Shown here: positions 1 through 13,600 of the stretch, one piece after another
How positions within the stretch are numbered: the first letter of the stretch is position 1
Layout of the letters: each line of letters begins with the position of its first letter
Origin: Stegostoma tigrinum
Taxonomy: Eukaryota
Direction of reading: 5' to 3'
Length of the DNA: 64,000 bases
NCBI RefSeq assembly: GCF_030684315.1
Contig: NC_081382.1
Span: 16,846,592 to 16,910,591, forward strand
Made by a program: the position numbers and the translations under genes
The notes under the pieces: generated by a model
Database searches by the model: none
What the model saw: the letters and a program-made list of their open reading frames with translations, nothing else
Told to the model about the DNA's origin: nothing

Positions 1-217
1 CATCAATTTGAGTCAATACGAGATTGACATTCATATTAAATATTGATCTGATTAGTATGGACCTAAGCTGATTTATTTCTAGCAAGTTCCTTTCCTTAAT
101 TCATGATGCCACATGGAAGAAATGAGAACAGAATTAGGGCTCCACAGCTCTTTAATCTTGATCTGCCATCCAATTAGGTGATGGCTAACCTTCTATCACA
201 ATTTCAATTTTACACCC

Positions 218-2090
218 TGAAGTAACTCTACAGAGGCTGGTATCCTGTCACCAAGTCACCCTTTAATTAGACATGGGAAGTCTTTAACTCTGGCACAATT
301 CATCAGCGTCAGCACGCAGAGTGTCACAATCTCATTTGTGAGTTTGCAGCTTTCTAATGCGAGCTTGTTCAGAACCGTGGCACCCACCCAAAATTTATAT
401 GTCAATGGACCTGACCTCACATTGACCGTGCCTCGCCCGTGCAGGGTTATTTCCATGGTTTCTACACCAAACTTTGCCACTTAAGTAAACTGTCTCTCTT
501 GCTTATTGGAATCTTGTGACCGACATTGATGCTCCTGATGCCATTTCACTCGGCACCCTCCACAATTAACCTGGTGCACAGCCTTCTCCTCATTAGCAAC
601 TCTGCTGGAGCTAGCCTTGTCACTGCATGTCATATAATCAAATAAGAACTGGGATAGCTTGGTATTTAGCAAGGCTGCAGGCTGTTTCTCCAAGCCTGCC
701 TTCTATGTTTGAACTGCTCTTTCTGCCAGACCATTGGATCACAGATGGGATAGACCTGTCCTTATATGTCGCTTCTCATTAAACTTTAGGAAATACTCAG
801 GGTCCCTGCTGATAAATGATCGCCTGTTATCTGTGACCAATACTTCCCAGGAGTCTGTATATTGAAAAAGCTGCGCACAGCTTTCAGTTTTGTGGTCCCT
901 GTACTTGACGAGTGGACTCTATGAACATCCGGTGACTTAGAGGGGGTATCCATAATATCTAAGAAAATTGAGTCCATGAAAGGACTTGGATGGTTGATAT
1001 GTAACTCAGTCCAAGTTTTCCGTAGCTATTCCCACGAATGCAGGAGAGCTGTAGGCAGTAATTTTTATCCTTTTGTCCTTTTTGGCACTAATCCACCAAC
1101 ACAGCCAACATATCATCTCACCAGCATCTTCATTTTGGATACCCTTGGTGGAGATCAGCCAGTGTCTAGAGTTGACCTTTGCTTAGGACAATCACTCTTA
1201 CTTATAATATTCCTTCCTGTACTATGATTTTCTCTCTTTGGGTCCAAAAGAATTTCAGTTCTCATTGTGATGGCCGTTTGGTTTCCTCCATCACCACTAG
1301 CTGTTTCTGTTTTTCCAGGACCAGATCTTTCTATGTTCAAAGCCTGATATTGTCAGCTGTGACTGGAAGTCTGTTCAGAAAATTTAAAACCACTACAGGC
1401 CCTTCCATTGGTGGTAATATTGGTGGTGTTCCTGCTATTCAGAGCCTGCTCAATGCATTCACATTCGCTACTTGGCCTCACGGATGGTGTTCAAACTTCA
1501 GTTATAAGCACTCAGTATCAGAGCCCAAAACTGAATGGCTATGGACATCACTATCTTGCCCTCTTTAAGCAGACCTAGATCTTCCTGGAAGACTTCTGTG
1601 TATTTCATTAGGACTTCACTCAGGCAGCCATTTTCTAACTGAGCAACATTGAGCTGATCTAGGGTAATCTCTCTCAAACAATGTCACCCAAATCAAGCTT
1701 GTGCCTGAGCCTTTTACTGTAATCAGTGATAACTGAACCAGCTGCTTTTCATAAGAGACTGGAATTGAAGTTGTACCCCTAATCTGTAAAGGATCCCTGG
1801 TATTGGTTCTCAGCCTAACGTCTCAGGCAAACTTAGAGATTGGTGTCCAAAGTGAATTTTATTAAAAACTGCTTCTGCAATCACTGACATGGCTGTGCTG
1901 GTACTGAACTTCATTAGAACTAGACGGCCATTTATTCAGATATTTATGTTAATTGGTTCATACTTGGATGTTGCTAAGCAATTGAACTGTTCCAAACCAG
2001 ATGTAAGTGGACTTATGAGGGTATGTGCACTCCTGAATACTGGCGTATGAGTTCTTTTACTCAGTTTAGGAATGGTAGGACTCTTTTGCT
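218..2090 (-). mobile_element. Decayed Gypsy/Ty3 LTR retrotransposon (protease, RNase H end, integrase, partial 3' LTR)
   Basis: Minus-strand remnants with stops and frameshifts: protease-like INGRLVLMKFSTSTAMSVI (~1870-1950), RNase H end WALILSAY...ANVNALSRL (~1440-1535), integrase LHQG..KMKML, SNGLAERAVQT (~710-740), LSQFLFDY and SGPLTYK. The LTR end ...TTCA is at 218. Confidence 0.8.
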
Positions 2091-3605
2091 GACTTGAATC
2101 CACATCCTGGTAGCTCTACACTTATCGGATTCTCCAGTATCTGCAGTTCCCATTATATCTCATATTCTATGATGTCAAGCTGGTTGACCTCATTACAGTC
2201 ACTACACACCCTATCCCTATCTCCTACATCCCCTTTAAGGTCCAAAAATATCTATCCGTTTCAAGCTTCAAAATACTCAAAGAACCAAGCATCTGCAACT
2301 CGCTGAAGCAAAGAATTCCAAACACTCAAGTATGTACCTAAAAGTTTTAGGCTATTTTGCCTCACGTGATTTTTAACATTTTTTCAATTCTCTACAACAA
2401 ATCTTTCTTAAACCTAATATCATTAAAGAAAAAGGGTTTTGACCACTCGCAGAATCCATTATTACTTTTATAAATAACCCAGGCAACCCTGCCTTAGATA
2501 GAGGTGTGGCTCTCAGGTGAGAAGCTGCTTTGTGTAATTCTGAACCTCCACTTTGAGCCGTTCGATCTGGAATATCATAAATCTGGGAGATAACATAAGA
2601 CTCTATTTGAAATCAAGTGGATTGAAACGAGGAATGCTGTTCCAACCACAGAAGAAATGAAAAGCCTACATTAGCGATTACAAATCATCTGCCTCCATTT
2701 TCTAGATATAGATATCATAACCCGCCCCCTTCATCAATTTCCTCCACCTAACTGCCCTATGTTTCAACTTTTCTCCTGGCTTTCATGGTACTCTTCTTAG
2801 CTGGTTTCCGCTCCTCAGGCATTATCCCAATCATTAAACTGAGTTACTCTACAAAGTGATGAAGCAGGTTTACACATTTGTTCCTGTCTGGTAGAAACAA
2901 TCTATGAACAATTTATAAACAATCTTTTCAAGTGCATTATGGATGAACATTTACACTGATGAACCACAGTTATCACTCACTCCCAGGAAAATCTGGATCA
3001 CCATGCCCCTACTGCTGGCCTGGGGAATTGGTCAGGCAAAGCTTGTTACAAGGGACAAAAGGCTATATCAAGTCACCAGTTCCAAATAAAGCTCCACAAT
3101 AAATTGGAAAAGGATGCACTTTCAATTTAATGCATAGAAGTATTTGTCCTTAGCTCAGTGTTGCCAGTCCCTAGCACAAATTGTTGATTAGATTGAGATT
3201 GAAGGAGATTTTACCATAAGCAAAAATATATCCAGAAATTAGTTTGGGGTAGAGGAAGCTGTTTAGTCAGCATTGGGCACGACACAGGAGCATTTGGGCC
3301 ACAAATGGCTGTGACATGTGCAGGGTTTAAAAAAAATGAAAACATCTAACTAATCAGCCAGCACTCACAGGGAGTCAGGGATGAGGGGAAAAAGGGAGGG
3401 AAATGTTAGTACTATTCAAATGTCATTGTTATGGAATAAGTTCTTCTATTTTTCCTCAATCAAACAAAACTCTTTCCATGCGATTGATCCCATTGCAAAC
3501 AATCCAGAGATGTGAAGCTTTACACAGATCCCAAAAACTGTTCAACCTGCAAATATTTCCAAACCTTAAAGGGGAAGGCAAATTTTCTAGGTGGTGCTTG
3601 TGTAT

Positions 3606-3832
3606 TGTAATGAGCTGTAGTGATTGGAACCGAGTGGATCTTGTTGGCTATGAGATGCTTGATTGGAGTTGTTAATCAGGAAAGCCCTGTCTGACCAATA
3701 TAATCAGGGGATTTAGAATCTCCTCAAACCCCAGGTACTGACTCCGAGCTGGTTGATCACAGCCAATGTAATGTGCACTAGTAAATAAAGCATGACTTGG
3801 TGATGGGATACCAGCCTCTATGCAGTTATTTT
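3606..3832 (+). mobile_element. Solo LTR (same family as 13228-13462)
   Basis: Starts TGTAATGA and ends AATAAAGCATGACTTGGTGATGGGATACCAGCCTCTATGCAGTTATTT, shared with the Gypsy LTR end. No clear TSD. Confidence 0.65.
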
Positions 3833-6719
3833 ATCCGCATAATCAAAATTGTTTGCTTGCTTTGCCACCGCTCCATTTCTGTGAAAATCAGCAGAGCCCG
3901 GGACAGAAGCCTCATATCATCACACGCAGGATCAGTTCCATTTCTTTCAATAGCTACCTTCAATGTGACCCAATCCTGGCAGTGAAAATCCGACTCCAGC
4001 TATCGTTGTCAAATGATGATTGTAAATCGTGATATTTTCTCCATCATTACAACAGTGATATACAAACAAGACCCTGGGTACCAAATGTTACCATATCTGT
4101 TCATAAATGAAAGCCTGAACCATAAAGTAATGCTCGCTAAATAGAAGAGCAAGCACCCGTTTCATCATTGTAAATTAATAATTTCATATCTCATAAACCT
4201 ATGACCATTTAACAGCAGCCTCTGATAATTGAAGTAATCTGTTAACATTATTTATTTTATTTGCTGTGTGAATTGAACAACTGGCACAGCTGACAGAGAG
4301 ATATGGGAATTATCCTATCATTAATTTTTAATTCCGTTCTGGGAACGGAACAATATTTGAGGGAAAATTCTGCTTGAACTGGAACTGTTTCTCAACGTGG
4401 CTGCTTTCACAGGGCCTTTTGGAACAAGATCATTTTACATGATCATAAATCACACACCCATGCACAAAAACACCAGATGAATCTTCCCAGTATTGGATAG
4501 TAAAATTGCCAGACTGATAGATTTAATTAGGAAAGCATGAGCTAATGGCCACCTGTCAGTTGTAATAAAGTGTCAATGTGGAAGAATGCAGAAGCATTCA
4601 AAATCTGCACAGTTTGTGTCTGGCTTTGTTCTATACTCAGGGATTGTACCTGGCCATATAATATTCAGCAATATGCTATAGAGACATTACACTAGAGGTT
4701 ACCTCAAGTGCACACTACCAGATTTTTTTGCTTTAATATAATAAATTCAAGGTACATCTAACTTTACAGCAGCCGTAAAACACTGTTGCCACCCATTTTC
4801 ATACATTCAATGCTAGATTTGATCACCATAATCACGACGAGTTTCAACAGTTGTTAGTTTATATATCGGCCTACACATGTTGCATTTTTGGCAAATCATT
4901 GTAATGCTTTAATCTCAATTAATTTCCAATTATTACTATAAATCATGCAACACCTTTCAGAATGCAAGCAGCTGTACTTGAAAGGAAATTGCTGGCTTAA
5001 ATTATAGTTGGTAATTCTTCACAAAAGCAAAAGTTGTGGATTTTAGTAAAAATTTAACGTACAAACGGTATGAACATGGAAAAACAAAACAGAAAATGCT
5101 GGAGAAGCTCATCAGGAAAGAAAACAGAGTTAATGTTTCGAGTCTAGGGATCCTTCCTCAGAAACATTAACACTGTTTTTTTCTCCACAGATTCAACCAG
5201 CCAACCTGAATTTCTCCAGCAATCTCTGATCTTGTTAATTCAGATCTGTAGCATCTACAGTTCTTTATTTTATTAATTAAATTCTGGCGGATAGGCTTGT
5301 AGCTATCTTTGTCAAATGTATGTTGTTTCTCAAATGCTCAAAGAGATTGAAGTCAGTTTGGCAAGACATAGACTCTTCCGTAAAGGAAGTGGTATCTAGT
5401 AAGGGATAGCTGAGAGAATTAGGAGAAAGAAATTTGCTTTTCATTTGTATGAAGACAAAGGAATGGAAGTCACAGTAAAAGATAAACATAGGATTCTGAC
5501 AATCCTACTTCACGCAAAGTGATCAATTTGTGGAAGTGATTTCCAAAGTGAGTGGGGCCTAAAACCTAGGAATGATTGAAGACAATTGAATGTTGCAAAG
5601 GGATTACTCTAGTTTCACTCTTAATAGATGAATTAACCTGGACTGAATAGCTTTCCTCATCATAATTACACAATGATCTTGTAAATTGAAATGATTTGGT
5701 ACGAAGCTAGCAATCTATGTCTGGCAATTAAAGTTGAAATTCAGATCCATTCAGGATTTTCAACATTTGGATTTCTGCTCAGAAAACATCTTTTATGGAT
5801 TGGGATGCTTGCCAAGTGGAAATTAACCTAAAGCAGTCCCTCTAGATATTTAGAGGTACTTTGCTTTCTCTTTCATTGTTTTTTTGTTTATGATGTACAA
5901 AATTCCAAAAAGGTAATTTAAATGTGACAAGTTTTTCATTAAATTCAATAATGATAAACTGCAGATGGCTTTGGGCTTTACATAAATACTAACTCACATA
6001 AGCACATACACAGGCACAAGTACAGGCAAGCAAGCACTTTGAAGTTTGGAAAATTTGGCATGCACTTATTTGTATGATACTGGAAATTTTATTTGCAAGA
6101 TATATGTGGAGGGAAGAATTGGGAATGCTATTAAAAAGGCATTGTGACATTTTGGACCAGAATTTATTGGAGTGTGAAAACTCCCAATAAATACCATTAG
6201 TTAGATTTGATCATGCACACATTAGCAAAACAAATATTTTGTGCCCTAACTTGTTAGAAATGCTTCTTGACAAATGCAGAGGCAATGAGGCTTCTAGGTG
6301 AATGGCAGGATCAACGTAATAACTTTTTTACATATAAGATTAAAGGATTGAGATAAACAGGACTGACAAGCAAAGTGAATCAGAGTGCTTGAATTCAATT
6401 TCAAATGAAATACAAAAGAAAAATAAAGAGAGCAGCCCATGTTTAAATTAAGAGAGAGACAAAAAAAAAGAGACAGAATGGAAGAGTGTGAAAATTCAGC
6501 ATTTTTAAAGTCTGAGCAACAATTCACTACTTTATTGAATATGATTCAACATTCCTGATTGTTCACTTTCTGGGGGCTGATTACATATCATTAACAACTA
6601 ATTATACAGAATTTTGAAAATATGGTATTTTCTACTAGATTAGGGTTAATCCTGATCAATAAATAAAAAGAAATCTACAATTTCTTCTTGTTTTGAATTC
6701 CTACATTGCAGAATGCTCT

Positions 6720-7013
6720 GAAGAGCATCCCACCCACACCTAACCACCGTCACCCCACCCACCACCCTGCCCCATAACCCCACATTTCCCATGGCTAACC
6801 CACTTAGGCTGCCCCTCCCTCAATATTACAGACAAGTTACCATGGCTAATCCAGCTAACCTGCACATCTTTGGACTCTGCGAGGAAATCAAAGCACCTGG
6901 AAAAAACCCATGCAGATACGGGGAGAATGTGCAAACTCTACACAGACAGTCACCAAAGGCTGGCATCAAACCAGCTCTGAGGCAGCAGTGCTATCCACTG
7001 AACCACAGTGCCT
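6720..7013 (-). mobile_element. tRNA-derived SINE (HE1/V-SINE-like)
   Basis: Reverse strand reads GGCACTGTGGTTCAGTGGATAGCACTGCTGCCTCAG...GTGTAGAGTTTGCACATTCTCCCCGTATCTGCATGGGTTT, i.e. a tRNA head plus V-domain-like core. Confidence 0.8.
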
Positions 7014-7264
7014 TTTAGCTTAATACGTCCAGGTGAAATACATTTGCTCATTATTTTGTGCTATCATGAGCCCAGCTCATGGTATTAATGGATGAATCTA
7101 ATCTAATCTAAAATCAGATCCCAGGCTTGATAGATAATATTTGATGGTTTTTGTTTTGCAAAGCTGCTTATCACTGAAACACAAGGACACTGCTGCAGAT
7201 TTGGTTTCAAGAATGAAACAGTTGTTTATTACAGAAAAGAAAAGATAATAAGGTAGAATAGCTG

Positions 7265-8130
7265 TCAGGCTAATGGGTTGGTAATTGGCTGGTTTGATTT
7301 GTCCTGCTTTTGGTGTGCAGGATATACTTGGACAACTTTCTACATTGTCGTATAGATACCAGTGTTGTAACTGTACCAGAAAAGCCTGGCCACAAGTTCT
7401 GGAGTACAAGTCTTCAGTACTTTTGCCAGAATGTTGTCAGGGCCCGTAGCCTTTGCAGTCTTCAATGTCTTCAACCATGTCCTGATATCATGTGGAATGT
7501 ATCAAATTGGCTGAAGACTGATATCTGTGATGCTGCATTATATTGGAGGAGGCCGAGATGGATCATCCACTTGGCACTTCTGGCTGAAGATTGTTATGAA
7601 TACTTCAGCCTTATGTTTTGTACTGGTGTGTTGAACTCTACCATCATTGAGGACGGGGATATTTATGGGGCCTCCCACTTCAGTAAGCAGTTTAATTGAC
7701 CACCACCATTCACTACTGGATATGTCAGAGCCACAGACCTTAGATCTGCTCTGTTGGTTTAGAGCTCACTTAGTTCTGTCTATCACTTAATGTCTCTACT
7801 GTTTTGTATGCAGGTAGTTTGTTTGGTAGCTTCACCAAGTTGACCGTTACTGGCTTGATGATAATGGTTGAATGGAGAATATGCCGGGCCATGAGGTTAT
7901 AGATTGTGCTGGAGTGCAATTTTGCTCCTGTGATGGGCTCACTGTTGAATGCTAGATCTGTTTGAAGTCGATCCCCTTTAGCACAGTGATAGTGCCACAG
8001 AACATGAGGAGTATTCTTAATGTGAAGGTAGGACTTTGTCACCACAAAGACTATACAGTGGTTGCTCTTGCTGATACTATCATGGACAGATGCATCTGCA
8101 GCAAGCAAATTAGTAAGGATGAGGCCAAAG
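7265..8130 (-). mobile_element. Degenerate non-LTR retrotransposon fragment (CR1/L2 group; endonuclease end to RT start)
   Basis: Minus strand reads HDSISKSNHCIV...LWHYH..., then TCTPELVARLFWYSYNTGIY...KQDKSNPANYQPISL, with stops and frameshifts. Confidence 0.75.
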
Positions 8131-9356
8131 CCAAACAGTTCTTTGTTAACATGTACGTTTTCCAGGAGAGCTGTTTCATACATTCAACTTCAAACAGGAT
8201 GTCCCTGAACTGAAACCAAAATGTTTCCCAAGCTATAAGTATTTCCCCTAACCAAAACAAAAGAACAGTTGACATAATTCTAATTTAAAGCAAGCTAACA
8301 GTCTTCAATGTTTTTCTTTGTCTGTATTAATGCCTATCACAAAGAAAACCCCATTATGTTCCAAAACAAGTCTCTTGTATGGACTCAACTTAAAGAAAAC
8401 AACACTCGAGAAATTCTGATAAATTAACCATTCAACTCCCCCGGGCCAAAATACAAATGCCACTAGTCCAAAATCCAATCTCAAAAAATATTCTATTAAA
8501 ACATTGAGTGAAGATGATAACCAGATAGAAGTGATAGGACTGAAGATGTCCAAGCATGTATAATACTAAAATAAGCAAAATTATTTTCCTGGAGAAAATA
8601 AATCTGTAACTTATGGTAATTCGGAGTAAGTGGGCAAAAATTCCATCGCAAACTATCCACACTGGACGGTAGAGACAAGGAAATGGAAGTAACTTTGCCC
8701 TTAGATGGCATCAGAATAAACTAGAAGGTAACGGGTAGCAATTAAACCCCTTGACACAACACACCAGTTAGAAATTTAGGCATTTTAGTACATGCCATAC
8801 CTCAGGGTAAGTCCGGGATAGTAAAGGCAGTCAAGAGTGAAATGAATGGAAGGCTCATAACTGCCTACTATTATTTTGTGAAGCAAAGATGAGCACTCTC
8901 TGCTCATAAAATGCTGTTATGTTTTCATATTAATGATTATCCAGCAATGCCTTTATTGGGTGCTGGTTATGATGTTCAAAATCCGTAATGGCCACCAGAT
9001 CTTAAGCATTCCAAGGTCTATGTAGGCCAAGCAAGTTTTCAAATCAGCATTTCAAATAGTCCATGAGACTTATTCCAAAATTTCCACCTGAAATAAAAGT
9101 CCCCAGCCAATTTTGTGGTAACCTGAACTCCCGTACAGATGGAACAGCAGCCTCTGCACTAAGTTGCTGTAATTGCAACATGTCGATCCATTAAATGGGA
9201 ACAGAAATGTTAAATTTAGAATCCAATGAGAAATGAAAGACCAGTTTCAGAAAGAGATTTATTATCTTGATGATTTGGTTGACTAATTCAGAAATGCACT
9301 GAAGACTGCATTACTTTAAAGTGATGAATGATATAATTTGCTTCTTAATCCCACAG

Positions 9357-9620
9357 TGATTGATGCACCAAGCCATGTAGAAGTAAACAAAGTCACAGAC
9401 TCCACTGCTCACATTACCTGGTTCAAGCCAGCTGCCCAAATTGAAGGAATTAGCCTGTCCTATGGGATTCCAAATAGCGAGAAGACAACAATTGACCTTC
9501 CTGACACAGAGACAGCCTATTCCATCGCCAAACTTCACCCGGATACCGAATATGAAGTCTCTCTGATTTCCAAACGAGGGGACATGAGAAGCATTCCGGC
9601 TGTTAATACATTCACAACAG
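9357..9620 (+). CDS. TNC: TNC exon, FNIII-3 (264 nt), contains RGD
   Basis: ccacag|TGATT...ACAG|gtaatc. Encodes [37 protein letters not shown]...[27 protein letters not shown], close to human FNIII-3 (LDAPSQIEV...ISRRGDMSSNP). Confidence 0.95.
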
Positions 9621-9934
9621 GTAATCAGTATTTTTAAATTACTGAAATCATTTGTAACAACTGGTCTTCAGCCAACCTTTTCTCCTTTCTCTAGCAGTCC
9701 CATTTCCATCACTCATGTCACCCAGTTTCTTCCCTCTCTCTTTCTGCTGCAAAGAACCACCCATTTCATACTGTTCTCTATCACTCTCCTGTACAAGGCT
9801 CACTGAGCCACTGATATGCTAGCTCCTGTCCTCATTCTACCTCATCATTCTGCACACTCATCTCTGCATCTGTGTCTCATTCATGCCAACTCGCCATTGT
9901 TCGCTTAATGTCTACATTTTTTTTCTTTTAATCA

Positions 9935-11020
9935 TGATCTTATTTAAGAAAAGTTGTATGGAAAAGCCTGGTAACTATAGACTGATGAATCTGACATCGG
10001 TGGTGGGTAAGTTGTCAGAGGTAATTCTAGATGACAGGATTTACATGCATTTAGAAAGACAAGGACTTATTAAGGATAGCCAGCATGACTTTGTGCATGA
10101 GAAATCATGTCTCACAAAATTGATTGAGTTTTTGAAGGTATAACCAAAAACATTGATGAGGGTAGAGTGTTAGGCATGGTCAATATGGATTTTAGTAAAG
10201 CCTTCAATAAGGTTCCGCATGTTAGACTGGTTAGTAAAGTTAGATCATGAGGGACTCAGGGAAAGCTCATCAATTGGATACAAAATTGGCTTGATGGTGA
10301 GAGACAGAAGATGGTGGTGAAGGGTTGATTTTCAGACTGGAGGCCTGTGACCAGGGATGTTCTTTCTCATTTTCTAAATGTTTTGGATGAGCATTTAGGA
10401 GGCATAGTTTGTGAATTTGTGGATGACAATAAAATTGGTGATACAGTGGACAGTGATGAAGGTTATCTAATATTAAAAAGAGGTCTTGATCAATTGGGCC
10501 AATGGGATAAGGAGTGGCAGATTGAGTTTAATTTGGACAAATGCATGTTGTTGCATGTTGGTAAGACAAGCAAAGACAGGAATTACACAGTTAATGATAG
10601 GGCCCTGAGAAATGTTGTCAAACAGAGAGACCTAGGAGTTCAGGTACACAGTTCCTTCAAAGCTGCATCACAGGTAGACAGGGTGGTGGAGAAGGCATTT
10701 AGCATGCTTGCCTTCATTGCTTGGACCACTGAGTATAGAATTTGGGGTGTCATGTTGCTGTTCTTGGATGTTGGCGGAGGCCACTTTTGGAATACTGTGT
10801 ACAGTTCTGATCACCCTGTTGGAGGAAGGATATTATTAAATTGGTAAGTGCAGGTACAGTTAAAACATTTAAAGACTTTTGGACAAGGACATGAGTAGAA
10901 AGGTTTAGAGGGATTTGGTCCAAATGTCAACAAATGAGAGTAGATTAATTTAGGAAACTTGGTCAGCATGGATAATTTGGACCAAAGCGTTAGTTTCCAT
11001 GCTATATGATTCAATGACTA
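9935..11020 (+). mobile_element. 5'-truncated degenerate CR1 LINE
   Basis: KPGNYRLMNLTSVVGKL, KSCLTKLIEF, EFVDDNKIG, WQIEFNLDKC and RDLGVQVHSS, with stops and internal deletions; CR1-type 3' end. Confidence 0.9.
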
Positions 11021-12123
11021 CTTTATACTGGTTTGGCACTATTGCACAGAACAGCTGTATACAATATCATCTTATGTGGTTATGTCAAATGTTAATTTAT
11101 TATATGAAGGATGGTACGTAAATGAAAATGGCTGTCGTACTATCATAGCATATTTCCTTTGGTAGCGAGAACTGATATCTTGTATATCACAATCCATTCA
11201 TGATTCAGTGTCTTTGCAAGGAAAATCTAATTATTTGAATTAATTGATTGAAATGCAGGAGTGTGAGAATTCAGTAAAAAAAATTTAATCGAATTATTTT
11301 CATTTTTTGCCTTTTTCTGTCCAATACCAGAATACCAGTACTGTGCCCCGGAATCTTTGTGTCCCTCATCACCTTTGTTCTTATGTGCACAGGCTTTTTT
11401 TTAAGCCTCTTGTTTGGGGCTACTCTTTGCTGTTGCTGTTCGCAACTGACCTGTAACATTATTTTCCCTCAGATCACGTCCATGCATTTCCATGGTAATC
11501 GCAAGTAAGGAAAGTATAATCACTGAACTATTCATCCTTCCTGAACCGTACACGTGTTCAAAAATGTTTTACAGATGTTCCTATTTCAGGCTTGGAACTT
11601 AGTGCATATTCCTGCTGCAACTCTGAAACAATTGCCATGCCTTTTACTGCTGATACCTTTGCACAGTGAATTTACAGAAGTAACACCAGCATATAATCAT
11701 GTCAAATTGCTAGACCTTCACTCAAATCTTAAAACTGATAAACAACCAACTTGCACAATAAGACCAACTTGGTCAATTTGGCATTATTATACAATTTTTT
11801 TTGATAATTAATAAATGTCTGAATGTTGCTGTTATCAGTTTATTACAGTTTTCAATACCCCATAATAAACACCATTCAATCATGACAATGTTAATAAATT
11901 TTCTCCACCATTTCTCAGGGAAGTCATTTTTATTTTAGAATAAGTCAAAGCTTGAAACTATGATCCTTATTCTTCAAACTGCTTGTAATAAGTGTCCATT
12001 ACACTGTAATATACAAAACCCTGTTTTGTGATTAAAGACTGTACTCTTTTAATTCACTACTCTTGGTATAATTCAAAATCCTTTTGCTTCCTCTTTCATT
12101 TATGCTCTTTTTTTAATGTCTAG

Positions 12124-12309
12124 ACCTTGATGCTCCCAAAAACCTCAGAAATGAGTCTCAAACAGATGAAAGCATTACCTTGGAGTGGGAGAACACCAGA
12201 GCTGCTGCCGATAATTACAAGGTTAAATATTCACCACTGGCAGGAGGAGAACATAGGGAACTCACCGTCAAAAGGAGCAATCAATCAACTACTAAAATTA
12301 AGATTTCTG
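12124..12309 (+). CDS. TNC: TNC exon, FNIII-4 N-half (186 nt)
   Basis: Polypyrimidine tract, tag|ACCTTGAT...TCTG|gtaata. Encodes DLDAPKNLRNESQTDESITLEWENTRAAADNYKVKYSPLAGGEHRELTVKRSNQSTTKIKIS. Confidence 0.95.
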
Positions 12310-13227
12310 GTAATATTTACTACTCACTCAGGGCAATTTTCATAATGTGCAAAACTGAAATGAAATCCAACACATTCATGAGCTTGCATGAAACTAAAAA
12401 TAGCTGGTTAGAATGTGATATTTGAATGGAAAACATTTGAATTTTTAATGAGATTTTATAAACTGGGAGAGTGAAAGTGGTGCTGTGTTCACTCAGAATT
12501 CTGGCAATCCAGCCAATGAAGGCAATAGAATTCTAATCTGTGCATGGATTTCGTATTTGCCCATCTATTTGATTCCTAATACAGTTTGAAGTATTGTTCC
12601 CAGTGTTACCGAAGGTGAAATTTGTTTTTGTTTGTAATGCAAAATGGACTCATAGTAATACAGAGTCACAACTATACACTAATTCTAACTTTCTTTACCA
12701 TTATGGAAGACAACCTGATCTGATTTGGTGGATAAACCCTTAGTTAGAATGCCAAAAATCTATTAGCAGTGATCATTTGAAATGTATGCAAGCAAATGAG
12801 AAGCTTCAGAAGCTGTCCTCAAGAATCCATAAATTTGGACCAATAAACCTCTTTATTGCACATCAAAGTGTCTCAAATTACAGATTTTTGGGGTATTCCT
12901 GTTATTAGAAGCAAATGGCTAGAGTTCAGATATTCTTTGGAAGATTAGTGCTCTTGTAGTTTGTTTATCAGGACCACAGCATAGAGAGCATCTTACCTCA
13001 ATTTTAGTCTCCTATCATCATGAGCCATTGAGACTCATGCTTAATATTCCTTATGACCACAGGCTCTTTCTGTCAGGACTGTAGGTTTGTATGGCATGAT
13101 CTACCACAAATATTTCTTGTTTTAATTTTCTTTTCAAAAAACTGTTAAATTTCTTTCATTTCCTAGTTGTTGTGATAGACATCTTCATCCACCTTATTTC
13201 ACTGACATGGAGCGGACTCATTGAATA

Positions 13228-13462
13228 TGTAGTGAATGTACAAAGTTAGCCAGGGGACCTCACAGAATTTGAATTCCCTAATTTGGGGCTGTTACTCTGG
13301 TCCAATCAGGGACCCCTGGCTGACAGATAAGAACAGGAGTGTCCGGCATCCTGCTCACTCTGAGAGCTGGCTGTAAGGGAGATGGATCGGTGTCAAGGAC
13401 TCTCCACTAGTAAATTAAGAGTGATTTGGTGACGGGATACCAGCATCTCTGCAGTTATTTCA
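13228..13462 (+). mobile_element. Solo LTR of Gypsy family
   Basis: TG...CA termini and a perfect 5-bp TSD GAATA (13223-13227, 13463-13467). Its 3' part matches the reverse complement of 218-290. Confidence 0.85.
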
Positions 13463-13600
13463 GAATAGTTTCAATTTTATGTCTAACTACATAGCAGCAG
13501 ATCATCAAACAAGACATATATATTTTAATTGGCCCTTTTTGACAAGTTCATAAGAAGTTTTAGAGTTGTAAAACACTAAAATAACAAAGTGTGTTATATG

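Noticed and set aside
8185-8765. Possible additional LTR-like segment with overlapping minus-strand ORFs
   Set aside because: I could not define termini, a TSD or protein motifs.
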